DNA of 63,184 nucleotides, filler included, from Globobulimina sp. (taxonomy: Eukaryota), in assembly GCA_003354225.1 (NCBI GenBank). It is 21 parts of 21 records of this genome, joined end to end, with 100 filler letters (N's around TTAATTAATTAA, not from the genome) between each part and the next. Parts side by side here need not be neighbours in the genome. Positions count along the whole stretch, not along the records: positions 12,068 to 14,983 come from PIVH01004379.1; positions 15,084 to 17,999 come from PIVH01004380.1; positions 18,100 to 21,015 come from PIVH01004381.1; positions 21,116 to 24,030 come from PIVH01004382.1; positions 24,131 to 27,044 come from PIVH01004383.1; 16 more parts are not named here. One strand, 5' to 3'. Below, one piece after another: positions 12,068 to 25,294 of this stretch. Position 1 is the first letter of the stretch. Every line of letters starts with the position of its first letter. The notes under the pieces are model-generated. The model was not told where the DNA came from. It ran no database searches and saw only the letters and a list, made by a program, of their open reading frames with translations. A program made the translations under genes and the position numbers.

Positions 12068-14983
12068 CTAATAACACGTACAAAAATAACCTGTCTCATT
12101 ATTATTTGGGCATAAAATTGTCGAATATTGGCATGAATTTGCTCCGTTACATTGTATTTCGCAGTCACTATTATCCGGACATTGCAATATCACGTGTTCA
12201 GCGCAGGAATTCTGTCCATTACACTCCAGAATACACGGTTTATCATCAAAACATTCGATCTTTGATCCCGAGCAAGAATGCACCGCATTACATTTGATAC
12301 GACAGCCTCCAAATTGAGCAATATCGTCAACGTCGTCACAATGTATTTCTGTGGCATAACACTCGGCATCTACGCCCGCATCACATCGAATTGTATGGTA
12401 ACTATCAATTTGCCGGTAACATTTTGATGCAATATCCATACAATTCCATTCAAACATATTTGACGGATTAGTTATATCACATTCTGCTTCGCCAAAATCT
12501 TCACCGCAATACATCTTGGATCCATGTTGAATATTTACGTTTAAATACGAGGATAAATCAATATCATCCCAACTGTTTACAGCGTGGATTTGCAGTGCAT
12601 CATGAAACGAAACCGCTGTCTCAGAGCCTGCTCCTTCGCCGATAACTACACAGTTTTTCACATTCTCGCCATGCAATGCGCCATATTCTGGACAATAAAT
12701 GTCAATATTTTCGCACGTTCGTATTCCTGTTATGCAAAAACAATAAATATTCAGGCACTGAACCTGCTAAAATGTGCAGATTTTACTAGTATACCTCTAC
12801 AATCCATGGTTAGTTTGGAGGATAAATGCGCATTGATCACAGTTTCAACGCATCCATTTATAGAATGGCTGCAATTCACAGTCAAACTGTTATTCTCCGC
12901 GCCATTTATAATTGCATTCTGTAATGAATTCGTTTCCTCAGATACAACAACGCAATTTTTGTTGTTTGCAGCACAATTTATTTGAGCATCTTTGCACGAA
13001 CCAACCGCTAAACACTTCACATTGCATTCCGTGGCTCGGTCTGAACAAAAATAGACTGCATTTTCGCAGGAAAATGGATCTGTGCAATACAGCCCACATT
13101 CACCACCGTCAGACCTGCAATCCACTATTTTATCCGAACACGAATGAGTTGCATTGCAAACAGTAATATCCGATGCATTTATATACGGCTTCGACGTTGG
13201 AACTATGTATTAACAAAACATAAAAAAAAAATCAATTGCAACGTGTAGTGGTACCTGGCGTTGGCATGCTAGTATTGGATGGAATATATTCTCTAAAATG
13301 GATTACTTGCACAACGGAATGAAATCGATGTTCTTCCAAACTTAATTTGTATCCAATAACATATCTAAACGGGACAGATGTGGTTCGTCCATCGAATGGT
13401 GTTTTATCCAAAACATTGGCATATTGTATAAATAAGCCATCAGCTGTCATATTTGATATTATTTCAGTCCAATCATCACCAGAATGATAGACCACATTGT
13501 CGACAATTTCAGGTTTGCGGATATTATATGTATACAATAAAAGTGTTCGATCATTCAATTTTCCTTTGGTATAAACCAAGGCATATCCACTCATTTCGTC
13601 GTTGAACACCAATCCAAACCATGTATAATTAAACCGTGGATAGGCAATGTCCAATTTTATTTGTTCCAACTCGCAAAATATTGTCATCGATATCTGTAAA
13701 TGTTCAGTCTTTATGGACCCACTCAATGTGTCACCATCAGGACATGCAGGAAGTGATGGAGCTGTTTGTTACATGTCAAAATACAATAATTCATCACAAA
13801 ATTTTGTCAAATTAACATCAAAAAATACCTGTGGTCGTTGGAGCAATGGTTGGTATTGTTGTTGGTGCAGTGGTTGGTGTTGCAGTTGGTACTGTTGTTG
13901 GTATTGTGGTTGGTATTATTGTTGGAGTAATGGTTGGTACTTTTGTGGCGGTGGAACGTAACTTGAGATTGAACGTATTGGATGTTTTAACATGTTTTTG
14001 CAACAACAATACAGTGCCAATCGCATATCTAAATACCACATTGGTTGTATTGCCATCCCACGGCGTGTTATTTAACTTATTCTCATACACAAGATATAGC
14101 CCTCCATCCTGTGAACCAACATACAACTCATTCCATTCATTATTATCATTATAAACCACACCATCGATACTTTCATCCAATAAATCATACGAATGCAGTC
14201 CAAGAAATACTCTTCGCGCTGCTGTCCCAATGGTATATACCACTGCGTCGCCATGCATGTCGTCATTAAAAACTAACCCAAACCAATTGTCTGCATATGC
14301 CAAATATTCAATATATATCCGGACAGTGTCGTAACTACAATTTAAGCTGATATATACACCCAAATCGTCCGTGTCTTGCGTACCAGTCAACACATCACCA
14401 TTTGGGCATTTTATCGGCGATGCTGTCGGATGCAAAGTAGGCGCTGCACTCGGATCCAAACTCGGTGCCTCGGTGGGCTGTGCAGTGGGTGGTACTGTGG
14501 TTGGTGGCAGACTTGGCTGAAAACTGGGTGGTACGCTCGGGTTAGCAGTGGTTGGTATGACTGGCGTAGGCCGTGATGTGGTGGGCATCATCGTAGTGGG
14601 ACTCTGTGATGGCGACATGGAAGGACTGTGAGATGGCGAAGTAGACGGTTTTTCAGTTGTAGGCAAGGATGTGGATGGTCGCAGGGACGGTATGGCAGTT
14701 GGACTCTGTGTCGGTTGTGCTGTAGGTGCTAATGTTTGCAAATTGAATGTAAATGTTGTATCTGATCTAAATATATGCTGTGTCAATTCTGGTGTATTGC
14801 CATACGCATATTTAAATACTATATATTTGTTACACAAACAGCGAAAAACGATTTTATACAAATTTGTGTGTGTAAGTACCAATGTTTCTGGTGCTAGCAT
14901 CCCATGCAGTGTTTGATAGATGTTGTTGATAAATAATATGTATGCCATTGTCTGTAATTTGAGATCGAATTTGTGACAAATCC
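12068..14983 (-). CDS. Large extracellular protein: three DOMON-like domains, P/T-rich stalks and Cys-rich repeats; partial; introns 14819-14879, 13762-13828, 13203-13254, 12727-12794
   Basis: Phase-compatible GT-AG introns join four ORFs. Repeats WFGLVFNDDM/WFGLVFNDEM ... F(R/K)Y(A/V)xG..LxxH; PTxxP repeats; Cx5C repeats. Confidence 0.8.
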
Positions 14984-15083
14984 NNNNNNNNNNNNNNNNN
15001 NNNNNNNNNNNNNNNNNNNNNNNNNNNTTAATTAATTAANNNNNNNNNNNNNNNNNNNNNNNNNNNNNNNNNNNNNNNNNNNN

Positions 15084-16321
15084 GTGGTAAAACTGTAAAC
15101 CAATGTACGTATTCCAAAGGATATGTAAATCAGCCGATATTTGCCTGTTTGACCTGTTCTAATTACAATGACAGAAATATTAATAATACAAACAATAAAA
15201 ACAATGATACTGAGATTGACTCTGATTTATTGGCGGGATTTTGTTTTGGCTGTTCGATGAATTGTCATTTGCAACATAACATTGTCGAATTATGGAATAA
15301 AAGGAATTTTCAGTGCGATTGCGGGAATTCAAAATTTAAACATTGCAAACAAAGCCAATGTTTGTTGAGCTGCAAAAAGAATGAAATCAACGCATTAAAT
15401 CAATATAATCATAATTTTATCGGCAGATATTGTTACTGTTCGCGCTCTTATTCGCCATCACAACATACAATGCATCAATGTCTGAGTTGTCAGGACTGGT
15501 TCCATCAAACTTGTGTCATTTTGCATCATTTGAAAGTTAATCCACATTTAAAGCAGCAATATGATGAAATCCACAACGAACAGAAACAGAAACAGAAACA
15601 TGATGATATTAATGATAATAAGCCAGCATTTCTTGAATATTTTCGGAGATTATTAATTCCACAAAATCCAGATAACGAAAACTGTTTTGATGCATTTATT
15701 TGCAAAGATTGTGCCGTGAAATATGATCATTTATTTGTTGCATATCGATGGAGATTGAAAAGAAAAAGAAAAAGGAAAAGAAAGGCATTGACAAAGAATA
15801 AAGAGACAGGAATTAAACGCACTTTCTCTGAAATTGAGGATGAGGCCGAGAGCAATGATGGGGATAAAAAGCGAAGAAAACTTAATCATAATAATGAGTG
15901 TAAACAAATGTTTTTGGATGCAAACGAAATGGGAAATGTTGTTGCTTTGATTGGTGGCGGTTTATGGCTTGAAAGTAATTGGATGGACAAATTGTGTCAA
16001 TGTGAAAGTTGTGCGGAACGGATTGATAATAAATATAAATTAAAGTGGTTATTTGAAGCGGATGTGGATAATGACAATAATAATAATAATAATAATGAAC
16101 CAGATTTGAATATAAATCCATCACAACAATTAACCGCAGCATTTTCGACTGATGCAATGATCGCGGATTCAATCACAAAGTTACCACGCAAACAAACATT
16201 GGATGCATTGGATATTATGTTAAAAGGAACTGATACTATCAAACAAAAATTATTTGAATATGTTCGATTGAATCCTGACAAAAAAATTATTGATCAAAAT
16301 TGCTTTAAAGAAATGAGCTGA
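15084..16321 (+). CDS. UBR7: UBR7-like E3 ligase (UBR box plus PHD), 5' partial
   Basis: CTYSKGYVNQPIFACLTC, CH..H.IVELWNKRNFQCDCG, YNHNFIGRYCYC, QCLSCQDWFHQTC, LCQCESC. Confidence 0.9.
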
Positions 16322-16633
16322 ACTAAATAAATAAACAACGAAACAAAACAAATACAAAAACAAAAATTATTGATCAAAATGATATTCAGAACATATTCAA
16401 AACATAATAACTAGCTTGCTGCACATGCATTTTTTTTGGTTGTTACTTTCCAATATTATCTCATGATTTTTTGTCATTTGATTACTCTAAAACATCATTA
16501 GAGTTTTTGCTTTTAGTTTATAATATTGTCGACCCCAAAACATTTACTCCGCCGACTACGGAAGCAAATGATTGTTAAATAAATTAATTATACAAAGTTA
16601 AGTACGATATTAAAAACAAATCAATAATAATTA

Positions 16634-17853
16634 TTAATTGTTGTGACGCAAATGACCCCAAGCAAACTGATTTTGTGTACCGGTATTTGATCTATTTCTT
16701 GATTCCAATGCAATAACTCTAGCATGTAAACTTGCAATTTGCTGTGTTGACAGTTCCTTATTTTTTACTGTAGCTTCTGTAATTTGCTGTGTTTGCTGCA
16801 TTCGCTGTATTTGCTGTGCTTGCTGTATTTGTTGTATTTTACTCTGCAATGTAGCTTCTAATGCATTTATCTTTCTCTTTAATCTTCCATTTTCTTCTTC
16901 AAATTCATCCATTCGACTCTCTAATATGCACTTACTATTTTTTATTAACAATAAATGAGATTCCATATACGTCTTATAATGATTGGTTGCATTTTTTCTT
17001 TTAAATGTTTGATCACATCCAACATCTTGAAATCCACAGCGAGTCATCGATTCAGCACAATCTTTCTTTATATGCTCATCGCGTTTACTTCTTGGAATTT
17101 GAACACCACATTTTCTATCACACTCTATCAATGTCATCGGGCAATACCAACTGATATGTATTGCCATGCAAGATCGTTTAATATTTTTTGTATTACATTG
17201 AGTACACATTAACGGATAACTGCCACATAAACCATAATGAAAATTTAATTCTCGTCGTAACATTGAAACACCGCAATATTTACATTTTTGTAATTGTAGT
17301 TCACATTTTTTTATATGATGTTGTAAGTCACCATAAGCACCGGTCCATTGACAAAGTTCTTCGTCGTTTAATTTCCTTTTTTTACTTTTTTGAGCTGTTT
17401 CTTGTTCTTTAAATATATCTTTTAATCTGGCATTCCTCCTCAATATTGGTGAATTACTGTTGTTTGTATTTTCATTTTGATGTAGAGATTGATATTCTTT
17501 TTTGAGATGTTTCGCCTTTTCCGATGTTATTTGATAATTTGGACATTTAACTAATAATTTATTAATTTGTCGATCAATAAATTGAACTCGATGGATGGAT
17601 TTTGATTTCACTTCTTTTCGACATACTGGACAATTGAACCTTTTTTTATTTGAAATTAACTCCGTTATGCATTGTTTGCAAAATATGTGATCTTCACATC
17701 CAATCTGTTTACATAGGTAATATGAGTAAGTTAAAATATGTGTCATTGTACAGATATAGTTGGCAGACGTACTAGAACAGGTTCTTTAAACACATCCAAA
17801 CATATAACACAATTAAATTCCTCCGCAACACTCTCATCAACGAAAGTAGGCAT
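16634..17853 (-). CDS. RING plus TRAF-type zinc finger protein with coiled coil; intron 17705-17772
   Basis: CVICLDVFKEPVL|IGCEDHIFCKQC...CPVC RING; repeated H...C...C..C TRAF fingers; no MATH domain seen. Confidence 0.85.
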
Positions 17854-18875
17854 TAATTCAGTCAAGTTTTTCTTGATTTTATGACTAGTAAATTTTCTTT
17901 TTACGCATGGCTTGGACAAATGCAGAAATATTATTTCCGTCATCTGTGGAGATGGTATATGATTGGATTCTAATTTTGATACAACTATGGTTTATATCGN
18001 NNNNNNNNNNNNNNNNNNNNNNNNNNNNNNNNNNNNNNNNNNNTTAATTAATTAANNNNNNNNNNNNNNNNNNNNNNNNNNNNNNNNNNNNNNNNNNNNA
18101 AAAAATTCAAAATGTAATAATAATAAATTAATTTACCATGAATGCTGGGGTCGAAAAAAGTAAATTCATCAACAATATAAAACATTTAAATCAACGGGAA
18201 TACGCAAAATAGATCTATAATAACAGCTTTATGATATTTCTAAAATGGAATTAAGATACAATGATTTCATACGGGGCGCAGTCTAATTTTCACCGGAACT
18301 AATATTAATGTCGAAAAATCTGATAATTCCGGAAATTGATGAAAATGCCATAAATAAGTTTTAAAGCAGACGGAAACCAATGAGCGAATTGAGTACTTAT
18401 AATATGATAAAAAATAAATAAAAAATCCATACGAAATCCATACGTAATACCAATAATAAATAATAAGAATTCAGCAACAATATCAACTTAAATTAAATTA
18501 AATTATATTATTTGAGGGGTGATGATATAAAGTGATTAGAAATCAATATATCAATCTAAATAAGCCAGTGCATACGGAAAATATGCGAACTATAAGATAA
18601 ACCAGCAATATACGTATTATAATAAATTATAAACCAGCAATATCAAATAATTTATAACTGGCGATTCTCAGGTAATAATTGATTGTAGCGAGTTATCGCC
18701 TTTCAAATAGTATAATCATGTTAGTTCATTTGCATATGATATATATATATATTTGGTAACCCAAAACTGCTGATTTAAAAATAAAACATAAATAAAAAAT
18801 AACACACAGAAAAAAAATTATTAAAAAAAACAAGTGAATATATTTATATATTAAACATTTAAAATTGCCAATGCA

Positions 18876-20802
18876 TCACAGCCATTGTCTTTTAGTGACA
18901 TGATATTGTGGCAACTTATAATTTGCAGATCGTTTCGTGGTTTGATCTGGTGATGTCGGTGACGATACATTTGGATACGGATTGGTGTTAATCCGCGAAG
19001 ACATTGATAATTTTGGATGAAGTGTAATTATATTCATATTACCTTCACCGTACAAATCGTTACTACATGTTTCCCCATTCGGGACATCATACATATCTTC
19101 GCTAATTCCTCTTGTTTTGTATGTTCGGGGTGATACAGCAGACTGTGGCGACTGTGGCGACTGCGGTGTTGGTATTGCAATTGACGGCTGTTGTTGTTTT
19201 GCATTATTATTTATTGGCTTATTATATCTCCGCAATTTATATAATTTTGAAGAATTTTGACGCATACAATCTTCAGTCTGCTCCTCATCTGATTCTTGCA
19301 ATTGTATCTTTGAAATATTCTCAATCTGTAAGGATAAATTAACATGTTGCAATTGTGCAATTTGCTGATTTTCTTTTTGTTCAACTCTCACTTTGAGATA
19401 TGATAAAAATAAACAACACGCGATAATTGGTATGGTTATAAATATTATCATCCAAAAACTGTAATAATACATCCTTCTTTTATCTGTTTCATCTGCTTCA
19501 GCTGCAACAAGAATATTGCTTAAATCTGTTGTGTTTGTTGAATTGTTGTGGAAAATATGCAAACGGTTTGCTTGAATGCGTGTTTTATTTGAATTTATTT
19601 GCAATGTCCTATTTGGAAGTTGTTGATTAATATCTTTTATGATCTCCTTTTTTAAATCTCCACCAATCACAGCAGTTAATAATTCATTTTGTGTCAATTC
19701 ATCACAGAAAAATATTGTGGCATTGATCGTTGTCATATTTCCTTTTCTGACAATTGTTTGTTTCACCCATTTCACACAGTTATTTATATTCGGTCTATGC
19801 ATGGTGGAATCTTGTAAAATGATAATAATTTTATCTAACTCCTCCACAGAAAATATATATTCAAATGAAACAATCACTGAAATACCATACACATAATTGA
19901 CAATTGCATTTGTTACACTTTAGGTAAAAATGAATAATTCCATAAATTGAACATTGATCAATGTTAAAGTGATACACTCAGTATTATTTTGTGAGGAATT
20001 ATTCATTTTTATACCTTAATGTGGGTTGATTTGTGTGTGTTACTGTTGGATTATTAATATTTGAATCATTGGAACTTAATGCGATATTCAATGAAGATAA
20101 ATTATAGCGTTCGCCATTTGAATCACCCATAATATAAACATCAATATGTTTATTTGGAACAAAGGAAGACTCATTAAACACAAATCCAGTTTCATATTGT
20201 TGCGTAATTTGGTCATAAACTTCAAATATTATTTCGTTGGTAATTGGATCATTGATAATTACAAATTTCAATGGCCACAAAGCTTGTTTATTCCAATTAG
20301 AGCTTACCCATTGACCATTATTTGATATTCTATCCCATCGCGACAATATTGCATTGTTTGAGATCCATTCACTTACAGGTTCTATGTCTGCTATATTTTG
20401 GCGAGAGAGCGATGGATAGATTCTTGAGTTAATGTTGTGAGTATTATCGAGATGAACAAAGAAACTCAAGTATTGCAAATTATTCACACTGAACACAAGC
20501 ATAAAATCTGTGTCTATGTGCGGATAGGGCGTATTTCCATTGATTGTGAGTGTGATACAGGACACTATGGAGGGTTGAAAGCTCCATGATTTGTTTAATG
20601 ATAATTTTATATCATAACCAATATCATCTTTGGTATCAACAATGACATTGTAGTCAGTTCCTGATACATGTGCTGTTAATTGGTTATGAATGATGGATGC
20701 TCCATTTTTTGACGTGATTTGTGCATTTAATGTGGTTTCTTTTTGTACCAAACCAAATATCGGATTAAGCGATATTAAGAATGATAACAGGAAACCAAAC
20801 AT
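18876..20802 (-). CDS. Type I membrane protein of unknown function; intron 19918-20014
   Basis: Signal peptide, ectodomain, single TM (FWMIIFITIPIIACCLFL), S/P-rich tail. A phase-2 intron joins the two ORFs. Confidence 0.7.
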
Positions 20803-21115
20803 GCTTTGCTTTGAAGGAGTTTTGATTTCACACTAAAGTTATTTTCGAATCATATCAGTCAAAGATGAAACGATAAAGTTTACAAAACCAGAGCCTACAC
20901 AAGTTAAATGATGACTAGCTCACTTCAAGAAAATCTTAATATCAGGGTTATCATCACGTAGACGACAAATTTTTACCTTTATTGCATAGATTTGTCTCTT
21001 CTTTCATATGCTAGANNNNNNNNNNNNNNNNNNNNNNNNNNNNNNNNNNNNNNNNNNNNTTAATTAATTAANNNNNNNNNNNNNNNNNNNNNNNNNNNNN
21101 NNNNNNNNNNNNNNN

Positions 21116-23099
21116 CGTTTGTATTTATTTATGTATTTGACATTCCCTCAGTCTCTGCCAAAGGTTTCAATGGCAGTCATAAACTGTTTGGTGGCTTCTT
21201 CATCGCTGCCCTTTGGTTCTGTGTATATTTTTTTTATGTTTACCATTTTTTCGTAGATATCCGATTCCATCCATCGATCTATTAAGGTTTGCATGGTTGC
21301 GTAGGACGGGAAAAATACCACAATGCCTTGAGGGATATGCTCAAATAAATGGATCAAGGACGAGCCGATATCATTTTGCAAGGCTGGATTTTGCAGGTTG
21401 TTGTAGACACATTTTATTTGATTCCCATTCACGCCGCGATCTATCGCTGTTATTAACACCTGGCCTTTTTCTGTATTTATGTCATATATAAATGTCGAAT
21501 TGTATATAATCCACTGCTCAAATCTGGATATATAACATACCAATGACGTGATCAGCGACTAATCGTTGTTGAAACTTACATTTTAATTCATACGCCATGG
21601 CGTCGAGCGGCGACAATGTGCCGGAGGTCAATATCACAGAATGTACCTTTTCTGCGATGGGCTTAAACACCACCGACGGCGACAAGCACCAGAAGTGCAA
21701 ATACACCTTTTTCACTTTCTTCCGCAGCGCCGGATCCCAGACATTATTCTCGGGCAACAGAGCCACATTAAAATCAGTTTCCGACTGCAACAGCTGCGGA
21801 AACAGATAAATGCAAAAATATTCCACCACAACAGCTGCGGGCCCAGCTAACTTTGCTTTCTTTCCATGCGTCGTCACACCATTTTCCCCACCATTCAGTT
21901 CCAAATCCATTTCATTTTGCTCTTTTTTCTGTTCCTGGAAGTATCTAAACACAGTCTGTGCGTGGTTTGTGTACTCGGCACTTTTCTTTGCATCGTACTC
22001 CCATTTCTCGCGCATGATATCCCTTATTTTATTCGCGCCACTCTCTGGATGCGGGAACACGTTACGATGACCTTTATAATCATTTGTATTCAAGTCGTCG
22101 TCCAGCTGTTTCATCCAACTGTGAACCATATTGATTAACTCCTTGATCTCACTCATGCTCTCCCAGACATCCATAGCTTTGACCCGAACCAGCTTCATTA
22201 AGCGGGCCAGCTCATCCATACTAAATTGCAGCTCTTCCAATGTATAGGCTTTGGTCAATGCGCTGCGGCACACATCCTCCACATTGTGCGCCTCATCGAT
22301 AATGATAATGGCATTGCTGATATCAATCTTCATCTCGTGTCTGATCATAGGATCTAAGATGTAATTGTATGGACAGAAGATTATATTCGCATGTTCCAGA
22401 ATGGCACGTGTGCCATAATAGGGACAGCACGACATTTTCTGCCCGGTATTGACGAGGTCCTCGATATCGAAAGCAGTGCCATGGCTGAATTTGTTTGCTT
22501 TTTTGAGACACTCAGAATAGCCTCGGCCGCGGTTGTAGCGACAGTCGTTGTTATCCACTGCTTTTCTACATTGCTCGTTCCTGTCGTGCAAGCCTTGGAT
22601 TTTTGAGTTGATACATAACTGTTTGCGCGAAGCTAGTACGACCATTTGGAAATAGCTGGCGTAGTTTGTCCGTCTGTACTCTGCGATTAATTGTTGTAAC
22701 TGTCCATGGGTCCGAGAGGTGAAGATTATTTTGGGCGGTTTGCATGGTTTGACAGCGACGAAATCATTTTCCGCGCTCGGTTGGTTGGGCAGATTGGTTG
22801 GCATTTCCATTGGGAAATTGGTTTTGTGCCAGGCGAGGACTGAGCAGAGGATGGCTAAGGATTTGCCGGAGCCGGTTGGAGACTGTATATATGTGTATAG
22901 GTGTTTTTGTATATTGCATTGGGGATTGTTTGCGAGTTGTGCATGGATCGAGGTTTTAAACTTCTAAGATTGCATTTTGTTTTTTGGATAAGGCCATGAT
23001 TACTTTGGCCATTAATTGGGTTTGCGCGGTGTACGGTGATTGGTATGGAAAGTTAATTTTAGTTCCATGAATTTGAATTATATTTAGTTTTTCTGCCAT
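21116..23099 (-). CDS. BRIP1: FANCJ-like XPD-family Fe-S DNA helicase, 3' partial; introns 22883-22961 and 21471-21540
   Basis: AILE|SPTGSGKS Walker A, SRTHGQL, Fe-S cysteines, CPYY, DEAHNVED, FWCLSP, LTSGTLSP, FFPSY. FANCJ is favoured over RTEL1 by motif wording only. Confidence 0.8.
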
Positions 23100-23267
23100 T
23101 TTAAGTTTGAGACTTTTAAGTTTGAAATACAGAAAACATGCTGTTCGCTTCGGTTGGAAAATGAGTTGAAAGTTTTTAAATATCTTTGGCCCAAACAAAC
23201 GTAACTATTGTATTAAGTTTTTAATTGTGTAACAAATCAATGATGTTGACGTTGTTGAGGATTTATT

Positions 23268-24030
23268 CTATGACTCATAACAGTCATCACATTGAATAGT
23301 CATATTAAAACAATCCCGAGTATTAAAACAAGATTGAGTATTAACACAAGATTTACATAATTCATTGTTGCACAATTCACATTCGTAGTCCCCAAAACAA
23401 TTATCACATAATGTTGTTGAACAATATTCACATTCGCGTCGTTTATCACATGTATCACAACAATAACATTCATCCGATTGACACTCATTTATACCATCAT
23501 AAGCTTCACATTTTAACATACAATCGTGACACGATTCTTTTTTACAAGTTGAACATTTACGTAACAGTACATTATCCTTTCCTGCTTTGTCGCATATTGT
23601 GCAAATATATAATGACAATCCTTCTAAATCCCAAATCATATCGTCATATTTTTGCTCAATCTGCTTTTTACTTTTTTCTATTGCACGCAACGAGTGAGCC
23701 ATTTTAGAGCGCAAAGCAGCAATTCTATGCCTTAAATATTGCTCAGATTTGTCCTTAATATTTAGTTCCTTTATCTTTGTATACTCTGCTCTTAATTGTA
23801 TTGCATTCTCTTTTGTACATAATTTATTCCATTGTTTACATACTGCGTTCTGCCGATTGCCACCAAATGACATAATTAATTGAATCAAATCTCCGCATAA
23901 TACATGATTTATTGGCATGCATTCATAATATCGGTCCATTGATTGATGCATGCTATCATTGCTTATTTGGTCTTTGATAAATTGCTTCACTGTCTTTAAT
24001 GGAATGGTTTGTAGAATGCCTGATAATTCC
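23268..24030 (-). CDS. F-box-like protein with Cys-rich C-terminus, 5' partial
   Basis: PINHVLCGDLIQLIMSF...VCKQWNKL; coiled coil; many CxxC pairs. Confidence 0.6.
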
Positions 24031-24777
24031 NNNNNNNNNNNNNNNNNNNNNNNNNNNNNNNNNNNNNNNNNNNNTTAATTAATTAANNNNNNNNNNNNNN
24101 NNNNNNNNNNNNNNNNNNNNNNNNNNNNNNAGTCTAGAAAGTATAAACTGTCTGTGACATTTTATATGAATTCTATCGTTGCGTCCACAGGAAAAAGAAA
24201 AAAAAAGTGCTTGGAGAGATATATGACAAACAAAACAAAAATAAAACTAACCACTCTCACGTATAATGTTATTCAAATCATATTTGAACACCAAAAGCGA
24301 AACAACAAAAAGATTAAAAAGACACACAAAAATAACTGCATTTAAAAAAAAAACAAAAAACAAATTGTTAAACAGAATATTTCAAAAATCAATGTATTTT
24401 TTGCATAATTCATTTTTACAATATTTGGTGCCGGTACATTTGAATATAATTAAATCCGATTTAGATCGATTCTGATTCTGTAACATTATCTTTATAAATA
24501 ACTACATTCAACTTTCCATTCTTAAATTTAATACTAATAATCTCATTATCGCTGTATTCTTTATCCATTACAATCCCATTATCGCTGTATCACAGTCCCA
24601 TCGATGGATGTTCCACGTTATGCAAATAAACAAACAAAAAAGCTCAATAAGAAGCGTCCGTTGCAAACACAACTTAGTTCCATCCCAAATGATTATATTC
24701 CACACCAGAAATGATACATTTAATGAATGGATTGACTATAGACATAAAATAAAACACACGGATATCATCATACGAAG

Positions 24778-25027
24778 TTCATGGAATTGGGGGTCGAGTG
24801 CAACCAATCAAGGCAATGGAAGTAATAATAATAATAATGTGAGTAATGCGAATAATATGAATAATAGTATGGGATTTGCATCGTCATCCAGTTCAAATCA
24901 ACCCTCGTGGGTTAATAACAATTTATCATCGATGGCGAGTGGTGGTGGCGGTGGTAATAATAACAATGCATCAGATCCGTTTGCGGCGTTTGCGAATAGT
25001 GGTGGTTTTAGCTCATTATTGAATTGA
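24778..25027 (+). CDS. Terminal exon, N/S/G-rich with DPF motif
   Basis: SWNWGSS...DPFAAFANSGGFSSLLN-stop, preceded by A-rich intron-like sequence ending in AAG. Confidence 0.45.
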
Positions 25028-25294
25028 TAGATGGTGTTTGATGCAACTGTTTGAATGAAATTTTTAATATGACAGACAAATTTATTCTATTTAAACATTT
25101 TAGCTTTGTTTCTTTTATAGATTCCTTTTGGTTGTATATGAAAGTCAAATGGGCGCAAAACCTTGTTTTTAGTGAACTAGTCATCCAAACAGAGAGACAT
25201 GGCAGTCAGTAATACTGACTCAGTATATTAGTTTCTCATTTTGATAGTTATAAGTTATAATAATTATAAAATTCACACAAAACAACATATGATA

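Noticed and set aside
18100-18780. Possible decayed membrane-protein gene or organellar DNA with short repeats (AACCAGCAATAT, AAATCCATACG)
   Set aside because: Multiple stops and no recognisable motif; no call can be supported.
21116-21150. TGA readthrough or alternative genetic code at the premature FANCJ stop
   Set aside because: Upstream donor candidates and A-rich intron-like sequence explain it, the contig ends 30 nt later, and all three stop codons are used normally elsewhere.
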